A DNA stretch of 64,000 bases, taken from an uncultured Ignavibacteriales bacterium. Its GTDB lineage: Bacteria; Zixibacteria; MSB-5A5; GN15; FEB-12. The notes below the pieces were generated by a model. The model made no database searches, was not told the origin of the DNA, and saw only the letters and a list, made by a program, of their open reading frames with translations. Below, one piece after another: positions 37,801 to 45,964 of this stretch; within the stretch, counting starts at the first letter, position 1, and every line of letters begins with the position of its first letter. The stretch covers positions 269,792 to 333,791 of the forward strand of contig CAZVHP010000001.1 of NCBI GenBank assembly GCA_964627305.1. The letters run 5' to 3'. A program made the translations under genes and the position numbers.

Positions 37801-38181
37801 GTCACGCTTTGCAATGAATGGACTTCCTCCGACGGGGAAATGTTCGTGGAAGGTTTTCGCCGCCTGCAACTGGGCAAAGTGATCGGCACCCGGACCTGGG
37901 GAGGCGGCATCTGGCTGAGCTACGCCAATCGCCTCGTCGATAACGGCATCGCAAGTGCGGCCGAATTCGGTGTGTTCGGACCCGAAGGAAGCTGGCCGAT
38001 CGAATGGTACGGCGTCGAGCCGGACAGCACGGTGGACAATCTGCCCCACGAGACGTTCAACGGCCGCGACCGCCAGCTCGAAACAGCCATAGAGCACCTG
38101 ATGGACAAGATACGCACCGATCCGATCGAGCGCCCGATCGGCCCCGAATACCCGGACCGGACACGACCGGACCAGCAGTGA
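34897..38181 (+). CDS. Tricorn-protease homolog (S41B peptidase with beta-propeller, PDZ and C-terminal catalytic domains), exported
   Basis: AGGAGA 8 nt upstream of ATG 34897. Signal peptide MSRSFPAAAFFFALLLPLLVSS. Tricorn N-terminal signature YRYPAIGGGFIVFTAEGDLWRVPIEGG.ARRLT. WD40/TolB-like repeats (SPDG...) and an S41-type C-terminal domain. Confidence 0.85.
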   Translation: MSRSFPAAAFFFALLLPLLVSSSPSPADQPGPQGYYRYPAIGGGFIVFTAEGDLWRVPIEGGLARRLTTHHGWEYRPVVSPDGTQVAFTAQYEGTSDVYVMPLAGGLPRRLTWENEQSYVASWIDNKILLYATSHFSTLPSYQLVRLNLTTGERVPVPLAQAADGVHGDAEELFFVRLPHQGSHARNYPGGTVQNLWKFTPDMADAVRLHPDFEGTSRSPMWWQGRVYFATDRDRTINLWSMLPDGTDLRQHTFHEGWDVKSPALSDGMIVYQLGADLYLYEIATDQTAMVEITLASDFDQMREKWIDKPMDYLTSAHLSGDGSHVVLTARGQVFVRPVKAGRMREVTRNDGVRYRSARFLHGNDTLIALSDESGEVEFWQLLADGTGVPLQLTDNAEVLRFDGLPSPDGNLIAYTDKNNRLWVYERDRDRHRLVDSGRYGAAHDPTWAPDSRHLAWVGEAENDFSRIWIYAVVDDERFAVTSDHYESYDPAFSPDGKWLYFISQRNLDAIAGNVWGPRAEQPFLYAPAKLYQLALSKDARSPFELKDELTLKTEATAKTDKDDKKDQKPAVVVSIDRDSLPWRLYELPVDGGNYTDLNVTDKAVYYRSWPAVGSRKYTLNVLEISDDSPKPAEFASNISEYELSGDLSKILLRSGDNLYVVDASVSPPASLDKGRLDLTSWTFPLNPREEWRQMFLEAWRLERDYFYDTGMHGVDWTAIRDKYLPLVDRVTDRWELSDLLAHMISELSALHMTVGGGDHRTAEEKVTIASLGALLIRDVRGGGYRVDHIYRGDPERPETLSPLAKPGVGITEGDMLVGINGQDVLKASHINELIRNRVGQQVLVEYKPHNRSGTEKAIVVPVSGAAERNLRYLDWEITRRRMVDSLSDGQIGYVHIRAMGRGNYAEWARDFFPVWNRPGLIIDVRHNQGGNIDSWIIGSLLRKPFLWWQPRIGQADPNFQYGFAGHMVTLCNEWTSSDGEMFVEGFRRLQLGKVIGTRTWGGGIWLSYANRLVDNGIASAAEFGVFGPEGSWPIEWYGVEPDSTVDNLPHETFNGRDRQLETAIEHLMDKIRTDPIERPIGPEYPDRTRPDQQ

Positions 38182-38355
38182 CGGCGGCTTTCAGCTCGCC
38201 AGGGAGGACAGCAGACCAAAGCGCAGAATCATGGACAGCCGTGAAAACTTTAGTTGCCGCCGGTGTGTATCATTGCTATATGGCGACCGACAAACATCAA
38301 AGGGTGATAGACGCATTCTAACACCAATAAACTATTCAGATTAGGGAATGATCAC

Positions 38356-38952
38356 ATGAAGCAGCTCATCGTTCTGGTTCTCATAGGAGCACTGCTGACT
38401 GCCTGTGGCGGCGGCAAGCAGGTGACCCGGCTGGAGGCCGACACCGTCACCGATCTGTCCGGTCGCTGGAATGACACCGATGCCCGGCTGGTGGCCGAGG
38501 AGATGATCGGCGATGCCCTGACTCATCGCTGGCTCACGGACTACATCGAACAGCAGGGTTCCCGCCCGGTGGTCACGGTTGGCATCATTCGCAACATGAC
38601 CAGCGAGCACATTAATATGGAGGTGTTCACGACCGAGTTTGAACGCCAGCTCATCAATTCCGGCAAGGTCCGGTTCGTGGCCAGCAAGGATGTCCGCGCC
38701 GAACTGCGCGCCGAACGCCAGGAACAGCAGGAATTCGCAACCGCCGAGACCGCCAAGAGAATGCGCGCTGAAACCGGAGCCGATTTCATGCTCCAGGGGC
38801 ACGTCAAGACCATAACCGATACCGAGGGTGGGAAGTCAGTCGTCTATTACAAGACCGATTTTGAGCTGGTCAACATCGAGTCCATGGAAAAGGTCTGGAT
38901 CGGTACCAAGGAGATCAAAAAGGGTATCTCGCAGGGCAGGACGAAGTGGTAG
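38356..38952 (+). CDS. LpoB-like (COG3417) lipoprotein
   Basis: Lipobox LLTAC. DLSGRWNDTDARLVAEEMI and later segments resemble the penicillin-binding-protein activator LpoB family. Confidence 0.6.
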   Translation: MKQLIVLVLIGALLTACGGGKQVTRLEADTVTDLSGRWNDTDARLVAEEMIGDALTHRWLTDYIEQQGSRPVVTVGIIRNMTSEHINMEVFTTEFERQLINSGKVRFVASKDVRAELRAERQEQQEFATAETAKRMRAETGADFMLQGHVKTITDTEGGKSVVYYKTDFELVNIESMEKVWIGTKEIKKGISQGRTKW

Positions 38953-38972
38953 CAGCCTGAGGGGGTGACCTG

Positions 38973-40379
38973 ATGTTTCCTGCCGGTAGCTGGCGCCGTG
39001 GGTTGTGTCTCGCGGTGCTCGCCCTTGTGGTGAGCGCGTGCGGTTCGATGTCCACTCGTCGCGGCTTCTACGAGCCGATCACGCAGCGGGTTGTGCAGCA
39101 CGAGTTCGATTCCGCCCTCATGCTGCTGGAAAGCGCCCGCGAGTCGGGGAAGTATGGACAGAAAGATCGCCTGCTTTACTTCCTCGATGCCGGCTTCCTC
39201 AACCATTATGCTCAGGACTACGAGGCCTCCAACGAGAGACTCGAACTGGCCGAGGCCGCTGCCGAGGAGCTGTTCACCAAAAGCGTCTCACGCGCAATTG
39301 CGTCTTTGGCCCTCAACGACAACGTACTGGAGTACGCCGGCGAGGATTACGAAGTTCTCTACGCCAATCTTATCAAGGCTGTCAACTACATCTGTCTGAA
39401 CCAGTTCGATGGCGCCTTTGTCGAGGTCCGGCGGGCGAACCTCAAACTCGATCAGCTCGAAGACAAATACGGCGATGCCTTCGCGCGCATGCAGCGCTCC
39501 GCCCGCGAGAGGGAAGAGGGAAGCATCTCGCTCCAGATGGAACCGGAGAAGATACACTACCACAACAATGCCTTCGCTCGCTGGCTCAGCATGCATATGT
39601 ACGCCGCTGATGGGCTGTACGACGACGCGCGGATCGATCACGAGGCTTTGCTTGATGCCTTCACCACCCAGTCCCACATCTACACCTTTCCGCCGCCCGA
39701 TGTGAAGTATCGCTCTGAAGCCGGCGGCATTCTCAGTGTCGTCGGTCTGGCCGGTCTTGGTCCGACTCGCGAAGCCACGACCGTGCGCCTGAAAACCGAT
39801 TCCGAGCTTGACCTCGTCTGGGTTCTCGGAACCGATACTCATGGCAATGAGGTCGCGCTCTTCGGACCCTTTTCTGCGAAGATATCCGATGACTTCTTCT
39901 TCAAGTTCTCTTTACCGCGCATGGAGCCACGCCGTTCCGCAATCACCCGTATTGAGGTGGACGTCAACGGCCGGTTGCTGGGACGCCTCGAGCTTATCGA
40001 GAACGTCAACGACGTCGCCCAGGAAGTCTTCAAGGCGAAGCGCTCCATGATCATCTTCGAATCCGTTGCGCGGGCGCTGGCCAAGGGGATCGTGGCACAC
40101 AAACAGAAGGACAAGGTGGATGACGGCGGTCTGGTGGGCTGGCTGAAGAAGACCGCCATCGATGCCGCTGTCGAACTGACCGAGAGCGCTGACCTGCGCT
40201 CCGCTCAGTACCTGCCGGGGCGGGTTTTCGTCGGTGATTTCGAGCTGGAGCCGGGAACATACGACATCACGATTCGCTACCTGACGGCCGGCGGAGGCGT
40301 GGCCGCCGTGGAGCACTTCCACAACTATGAAGTCCGGCCGGGTGCGTTCAACCTCGTCCACGCCTTCTCCCCACAGTAG
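38973..40379 (+). CDS. Hypothetical lipoprotein
   Basis: GAGGGGGTG upstream of the ATG. Lipobox LVVSAC. 468 aa. It directly follows the LpoB-like gene, and no motif was recognised. Confidence 0.55.
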   Translation: MFPAGSWRRGLCLAVLALVVSACGSMSTRRGFYEPITQRVVQHEFDSALMLLESARESGKYGQKDRLLYFLDAGFLNHYAQDYEASNERLELAEAAAEELFTKSVSRAIASLALNDNVLEYAGEDYEVLYANLIKAVNYICLNQFDGAFVEVRRANLKLDQLEDKYGDAFARMQRSAREREEGSISLQMEPEKIHYHNNAFARWLSMHMYAADGLYDDARIDHEALLDAFTTQSHIYTFPPPDVKYRSEAGGILSVVGLAGLGPTREATTVRLKTDSELDLVWVLGTDTHGNEVALFGPFSAKISDDFFFKFSLPRMEPRRSAITRIEVDVNGRLLGRLELIENVNDVAQEVFKAKRSMIIFESVARALAKGIVAHKQKDKVDDGGLVGWLKKTAIDAAVELTESADLRSAQYLPGRVFVGDFELEPGTYDITIRYLTAGGGVAAVEHFHNYEVRPGAFNLVHAFSPQ

Positions 40380-40415
40380 AGACTTCCGGAGGTCTTTGTT
40401 GCCAGTCACAATGAA

Positions 40416-40450
40416 GGCGGGCTCCTGCGTTCACAGGACCCGCCTTTCGT
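40416..40450 (+). terminator. Rho-independent terminator in the convergent gap
   Basis: GGCGGGCTCCTG-CGTTCA-CAGGACCCGCC (one bulge) followed by TTTCGT. Confidence 0.6.
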
Positions 40451-40485
40451 CATGTTATCGCGAAACTCGGCCGGCCTCCACTCGC

Positions 40486-41838
40486 TCAGAAGTCAGTCTT
40501 GCCGGAGAACCTGAACGACTTCAGATGAACCGCCGGCGCAATAGCGCAGCCAATACTGCTCCACCAGGAATCGACCAGCTCCCGCTCTTTTGATATGGCT
40601 ACAGCAGTTCCGAAAGCCCGCGGCATGGCATCGGTGAATCGAAGATTCTTGATGCCGCACACGATTTCTCCGTTGCGAATGAGGAAGGTGCCATCGCGCG
40701 TCATGCCGGTCAACACCCCCCGGGGCTGATCGATGAAGCCGTTGATATAGTGAAAGCGCGTCACCAGGATGCCCTTCTTGACGCTTCTGATCATCTCCTC
40801 GCGTTTTGCCGTGCCCGCCCTCATGCACAGATTCAGCCCGATACCGCCCTCGCCCATTTGATCGGCTGTGTACGCATGGCCGGTCGGTTTGCGACCTTCT
40901 TTCGCCGCCGACAGCCGGTCCCACACCGTGTCGGTGGCCACTCCCTTGTCGATGTACATCACCTTCCGGCGGGGTACACCTTCGAAGTCGAACGGCAGAC
41001 CGATTCCTCCAGGCTCGAACGCGTTGTCATACCAGCTCACCAGCTCCGAGGTGATCTTCTTGCCGAACTTGCCGGACAGCAGCGACATCTTCTGCAGAAC
41101 CGGTTTGTTGCGAAGGCCCACGTAGTTGAGCCACTCCAGCAGTGAGGCTACCGCCACCGGTTCCAGAATGACCTCGTACTCGCCGGGGTCAATACTCTGC
41201 GGGTGCACCGACCTGCGGCACTTCTCAGCGGCCACTGCGGCGAGGCCCTTCGTATCCAGACTGCCGAGGGCAGGCGACAACCCGGCACCGTACCCCGAGG
41301 AATCATCCGACATGGCGATGAAATTCACCGATGCCGATGTGCCGGCATGGTATGCCTCGACGCCATTGCTGTTGACCACTGCCGTCTCGGTCACTGTCGT
41401 CGATAGCGCACCGGCCGCTCCCTGCTTCAGCCGGTCAGTGATCTTGATCATACTCTTCACTGCTCGCGCCCGCTGCATGGGCGATGCCTTGGCCGTCGCC
41501 TCATCAAAGTTATCCAGCATCTTGTACTTTGCCGGCTTCGGTAACCCCGGCCAGTCAGGGTTCTCCGGCCGCATTTTGGCAATGCTGCAGGCATTGCGCA
41601 CTGTCTGCACAAGCTCCGCCTTGTTCAGCGAGTTGGTGACTGCGACCCCGATCCTGTTGCCAATCACACAGCGCACGATCACCCGCTGGTTCGTTTCGGC
41701 GACATTCTGGTGGATGGCCGAATTGGCAAACCGCGTCAGTCCGGAATCCTGGGCGAAGCAGGTCACTTCGGTCTGCTCTGCCTCCGATGCATCCAGTACG
41801 CTTCGCAGGCTGTTCAGTAGCTTCTCACGCCCAATCAT
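40486..41838 (-). CDS. pmbA: PmbA/TldE-family metallopeptidase subunit
   Basis: 450-aa TldD/PmbA-fold protein lacking the HExxxH motif. Its start overlaps the stop of the upstream tldD gene by 4 nt. Confidence 0.85.
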   Translation of the reverse strand: MIGREKLLNSLRSVLDASEAEQTEVTCFAQDSGLTRFANSAIHQNVAETNQRVIVRCVIGNRIGVAVTNSLNKAELVQTVRNACSIAKMRPENPDWPGLPKPAKYKMLDNFDEATAKASPMQRARAVKSMIKITDRLKQGAAGALSTTVTETAVVNSNGVEAYHAGTSASVNFIAMSDDSSGYGAGLSPALGSLDTKGLAAVAAEKCRRSVHPQSIDPGEYEVILEPVAVASLLEWLNYVGLRNKPVLQKMSLLSGKFGKKITSELVSWYDNAFEPGGIGLPFDFEGVPRRKVMYIDKGVATDTVWDRLSAAKEGRKPTGHAYTADQMGEGGIGLNLCMRAGTAKREEMIRSVKKGILVTRFHYINGFIDQPRGVLTGMTRDGTFLIRNGEIVCGIKNLRFTDAMPRAFGTAVAISKERELVDSWWSSIGCAIAPAVHLKSFRFSGKTDF

Positions 41839-43277
41839 TTGCTCACCCCCACCCTGATGTTGCGAAATCTACTGGGAGCGGCGCCGTGAGCCACGTGGGC
41901 TACCTGCATCGGTTCCCCCTTCCCGCAGTTCGGAATTGCCCACACCCGCCAGTGGTCCTGGTCGCAGATCGCATCGCACGTATTCCAGAACTCCGGTGTG
42001 ATGCCGGTGTAGACCGGGTTCTTGTACATCTGGCCCAATTTGCCTCCCCTGATCTGCCACGCACACTCGCAGCCAAACTGGAAATTCAGCCGCTTGTCGT
42101 CGATTGACCAGCTCTTGTTCAGATCGAACAGGATCCCGTCCTCGGTATCTGCAATGAGATCGTCAAGTCTCCAGCTCCCCGGCTCCAGGTTGACATTGGT
42201 CATGCGGATCAGAGGTATCCGATTCCACCCGTCAGCCCGCATAGTGCCGTTGGAACGCTGCCTGATCACCGGCGCCGTTTCGCGACTTGTCAGGTAACCT
42301 ACGAAAAGGCCGTCCTTGACTATCGGCGCCCGCTGTGCCTTGACACCCTCATCATCGTAGCCAAACGTTCCCAGGCCTCCTTCCACGGTCGCGTCGGCAT
42401 TGATACTCACCAACTCCGAACCGTACCGCAGCTTGTTCATCTTGTCGAGCGTCAGGAACGATCCGCCCGCCAGCGATATCTCGGTGCCGAGCACTCGGTC
42501 CAGCTCAATGGGATGACCACACGACTCATGAATCTGAAGCGCCATCATGGGTCCGCACAGAATGATGGTGGTATCCGTATCGGGGCACGGCTTGGCCTTC
42601 AGCAATTCGATCGCCTCTTCGCGTACCCGCTCTGCGTTCTCCACCAGGCCAAGCTCCCGGATGAACTCCCAGCCGCGTGTGGCGTAATCGCCGCCGTGCG
42701 AGTTGGGAAATGAACGCTTCTGCGCCTGACCATCGCCAACGGCAATAGCGTGATAGCCGCCGCCGGACTCCACTATGTCCTGCTCGATCTGGGCGCCCTC
42801 GCTGGACACAAACAGCTTGTTGGTCTTGAAGAAATTGAGCGACACCTCGGCCGTCTTGATCTTCTTCGATCGGGTCAGGCGCTCAGTGACGGTTTGCATC
42901 AGGCTGAGTTTCTCATCGAAAGACACCTCGAACGGGTCGGCTGCGCACGGCGACACATAGTGATCAGTGAAGGCCTCCTGCTCGGCCAGTTGCACCGGTT
43001 CTCGCCGCGTCAGCGCCGAGGCCTTCGCGATCTGCAACGCCCGGCTGGCCGCCTTGTTCATCTCCGCTTTGGAGGTTCCTGCCGTTCCGGCAAACCCCCA
43101 GCAACCCTGATGGAGTACCCTGACTCCAATCCCCACATCGATATCCCGACCAAGCTGGTCAACCTTGCCGTTGCTCATCCTGATGGACTCGCGCTGACGG
43201 CTGACGTATCGGGCATCGGCGTAATCGACTCCCTTGACCTTCAGGGCATCGATACAATCCCGCAATCGCTGTTTCAT
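41835..43277 (-). CDS. tldD: TldD-family metallopeptidase
   Basis: 480-aa ORF with the zinc motif HESCGHPIELD and GSFLT typical of TldD. Confidence 0.88.
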   Translation of the reverse strand: MKQRLRDCIDALKVKGVDYADARYVSRQRESIRMSNGKVDQLGRDIDVGIGVRVLHQGCWGFAGTAGTSKAEMNKAASRALQIAKASALTRREPVQLAEQEAFTDHYVSPCAADPFEVSFDEKLSLMQTVTERLTRSKKIKTAEVSLNFFKTNKLFVSSEGAQIEQDIVESGGGYHAIAVGDGQAQKRSFPNSHGGDYATRGWEFIRELGLVENAERVREEAIELLKAKPCPDTDTTIILCGPMMALQIHESCGHPIELDRVLGTEISLAGGSFLTLDKMNKLRYGSELVSINADATVEGGLGTFGYDDEGVKAQRAPIVKDGLFVGYLTSRETAPVIRQRSNGTMRADGWNRIPLIRMTNVNLEPGSWRLDDLIADTEDGILFDLNKSWSIDDKRLNFQFGCECAWQIRGGKLGQMYKNPVYTGITPEFWNTCDAICDQDHWRVWAIPNCGKGEPMQVAHVAHGAAPSRFRNIRVGVSK

Positions 43278-43490
43278 ACGACCTCTCTTCAGATAACAAT
43301 GACAGGTCCCACACCATCAGCTCACAATGTAGACCGCTCCAGGCCCGCTGACAAGTGCAATACGCTAAATCCTTTGCTAATGAACTTTGCAGTGCTATAT
43401 TGCCCTCAGAAACATACGCCGGTGTCCGGTGTCCGGTCTGTGGTCACCGAATCGGCCCCAAAACCCCCGTACTTGCGCAAGCCGAGGAAT

Positions 43491-45647
43491 ATGATGCACA
43501 CATCACGATTGTCCCGTCGACTCTCTCTGGTCACTATAGTACTACTGATCAGCGTTGGAACATCAGTCGCTGAAATCCCAACCGACCGCGAAACGGACCT
43601 CGTCTGCCTCAACTGGCTGCAGACGGTCGTTGCCACTGAGGGAGACTGGGACGGCACTGTCAATCCTGCCATCGCTGCGCGCGATATCCTTACACACCAG
43701 GGACAGGATGTTGCAGTCGTCTACTCGATCGACCCCCGTGGACATGTTCTGGTACCTCTGCTTAAGGAACTTGCGCCGGTCAAGTCATACAGCACGACCA
43801 GCGGCCTCGACCTGACTCCCAACAGCGCCCTGGGCTATACGGCCATGCTGCGTGATGTTCTTGGCAACCGCTTTCAGGAGTTCGTTAAGTACTACGGCAG
43901 CCTGAACTCGAGGCAGCCCGACACCGGTACGGTGCTCTTCGGCCGCAGTCAGCGGAGTCTGTGGGACGAGTACGCTGTCGATCCCGGGTTGTTCGCCCAG
44001 CGGCTTCCCCAGCGCGGAATCAAGAGCGCTCAGGCCGGACCCCTTATGAGTACGTCCTGGGATCAGGGCGCCCCCTACAACGACCTGTGTCCAACCGGTG
44101 ATTCCAACGTACGCTGTGTCGTCGGCTGTGTGGCGACGGCATTCGCTCAGGTAATGAACTACTGGCAGTGGCCGGCTTCCGGTGTAGGCAGCCACACCTA
44201 CTGGTGGAATGGGGACCACTCCTGCGGCGGGTCTACACCCGGCAGGTACTTGACCGCGTATTTCGACAAGCAGTACGACTGGGACAACATGCCCCTGGAA
44301 TGCATCCTCGGCTGCTCCCCGGAACAGGGCGCTGCGGCCGCAGAGCTTTGCTACGATGTCGGCGTCGCCTTTGATATGGGCTACGGCGCCTGCGGCTCAG
44401 GCGCCTGGCCGGCACGAGCGGAGACCATGTATCCCCGACACTTCTGGTATGATTCATCGATTACGCGCGAGTACCGGTTCGACTATACCTACGACGGCTG
44501 GTTCAACGTGCTCAAGGGCCAGATCGATCTCGGTCGTCCAATTCCCTATACGATCTACAGCCACGAGATTGTCTGCGATGGCTGGAAAGAAATCGATGAC
44601 CTCAAGCAGATTCATATGAACTATGGTTGGGCGTCCGGTCACGACAAGTGGTACACTGTCGATGAGCTGCACTGCCCCTGGGACGGCTGCGAGTGGTTCG
44701 AGGACTATGCCATGATCAATATGTTCCCGGATGAGGCGGTAACCTTCGCACCCGACCAGCGGATCGGATTCGAGCCGTTCGAGATCACCTTTACCGGGAA
44801 TTCCAACCTCAGCGCCCCGGCGTGGTCGTGGGCGTTCGGTGATGGGGGTACTGCCGATGTACCCAACCCCGTCCACGTCTACACGCAACCGGGCTACTAT
44901 AATGTCTCCGCGACCGTCACGGACCCCGACACCACCCGCTCACGGACGTGGCAGGATTGTTTAATCGTCCTGGCCGATTCCCTTATCGGCAGCGAAGCTT
45001 CCGGCGCCGCAGGAGAGGATGTCGAGATCGTTATCATGGCCCGGAACACAATTCCGGTCAGCTCCATCAGAATCCCAATCGTGATCTCCGGCAGCCTGAT
45101 CGGTATTACTCTCGACTCGTTCTCAGTTGACGGATGCCGCACCAGTGATTTCGCCTCGGTCGGCTACTCCCACTGGCTCAGCAGTACCCAGTACACGATG
45201 CGCGTATCCAACCCTCTGGTACATCCTGACACAGACCTGCCGCCCGGCGTCGGCCCGGTGCTCAAGCTCTACTACTCGATACCCGGCTCTGCCAGGGGTG
45301 GCCAGCAAGCCGTTCTCTCATTCGACGGTTACCCGGGCAACCAGCCGGAGATGTCCGGCCGCGTAGCCACCTACAATGCCCGTAGCAAATCGGCCACGAT
45401 CACAGCCCAGTCCGGCGGAACGTGCTGCGTTGGCGTGACCGGCAACATCGACGGTGACCCCGACGAGTTGGTTAACGTCTCGGACTTGACGCGGTTTGTT
45501 GACTACTTGTTCGTCAGTGGTGAGGACCTTCCGTGTCCGGCCGAGGCTGACGTCGATGGTGACGGCAACATCAATCTGTCGGACCTCACCCGTCTGATCG
45601 CCTATTTGTTTGAAGGCGATGCCGACGCCTTGAGTCCCTGCCCGTAA
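43491..45647 (+). CDS. Exported C10-family (streptopain-like) cysteine peptidase with PKD domain and C-terminal dockerin-like module
   Basis: Signal peptide LSLVTIVLLISVGTSVA. C10 signatures SWDQGAPYNDLCP, CVVGCVATAFAQVMNYWQWP (catalytic Cys) and IYSHEIVCDGW (His). PKD WAFGDGGTADVPNPVHVYTQPGYYNV. C-terminal GNIDGDPDELVNVSDLTRFVDYLF ... DVDGDGNINLSDLTRLIAYLF. The track start 42750 is an antisense extension over tldD. Confidence 0.82.
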   Translation: MMHTSRLSRRLSLVTIVLLISVGTSVAEIPTDRETDLVCLNWLQTVVATEGDWDGTVNPAIAARDILTHQGQDVAVVYSIDPRGHVLVPLLKELAPVKSYSTTSGLDLTPNSALGYTAMLRDVLGNRFQEFVKYYGSLNSRQPDTGTVLFGRSQRSLWDEYAVDPGLFAQRLPQRGIKSAQAGPLMSTSWDQGAPYNDLCPTGDSNVRCVVGCVATAFAQVMNYWQWPASGVGSHTYWWNGDHSCGGSTPGRYLTAYFDKQYDWDNMPLECILGCSPEQGAAAAELCYDVGVAFDMGYGACGSGAWPARAETMYPRHFWYDSSITREYRFDYTYDGWFNVLKGQIDLGRPIPYTIYSHEIVCDGWKEIDDLKQIHMNYGWASGHDKWYTVDELHCPWDGCEWFEDYAMINMFPDEAVTFAPDQRIGFEPFEITFTGNSNLSAPAWSWAFGDGGTADVPNPVHVYTQPGYYNVSATVTDPDTTRSRTWQDCLIVLADSLIGSEASGAAGEDVEIVIMARNTIPVSSIRIPIVISGSLIGITLDSFSVDGCRTSDFASVGYSHWLSSTQYTMRVSNPLVHPDTDLPPGVGPVLKLYYSIPGSARGGQQAVLSFDGYPGNQPEMSGRVATYNARSKSATITAQSGGTCCVGVTGNIDGDPDELVNVSDLTRFVDYLFVSGEDLPCPAEADVDGDGNINLSDLTRLIAYLFEGDADALSPCP

Positions 45648-45964
45648 AGAGGTGGTACTCAGCGACAAGTGCGGTCCACGAACCTGAACCGATCCTGCGA
45701 ACTAAAGTACTGGTGTTTTGTGGTTCGTTCCGTATATTGTACAAGATATACAGCAAACAGATTACTGATTACTATGTGTTGGCCTTGCTTGAACCGCACC
45801 CAACACCGCCGCTCGCACACCCCTCACGTTCGTGTTGCTCTTGCTTCGGCAGGATCTGATGAATGCGTAGCGAGCGGATCACCGGTAAACAAACGGACAG
45901 CCGAGCCGACATCATTGAAACACCGATGCCCTTCGCCACGGCTGGTTACCAAAGGAGATGAGAC

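Noticed and set aside
40486-43277. TldD/PmbA as the dedicated leader protease of the rSAM peptide cluster
   Set aside because: The pair is widespread and housekeeping, lies 12 kb away on a separate transcription unit, and is embedded in a protease island. It is mentioned only as context, not as part of the cluster.
42750-43490. N-terminal 247-codon extension of the first C10 peptidase ORF in the track
   Set aside because: The extension is antisense to tldD and has shadow-ORF composition. The signal peptide begins at ATG 43491, downstream of the tldD start, so the gene was trimmed.
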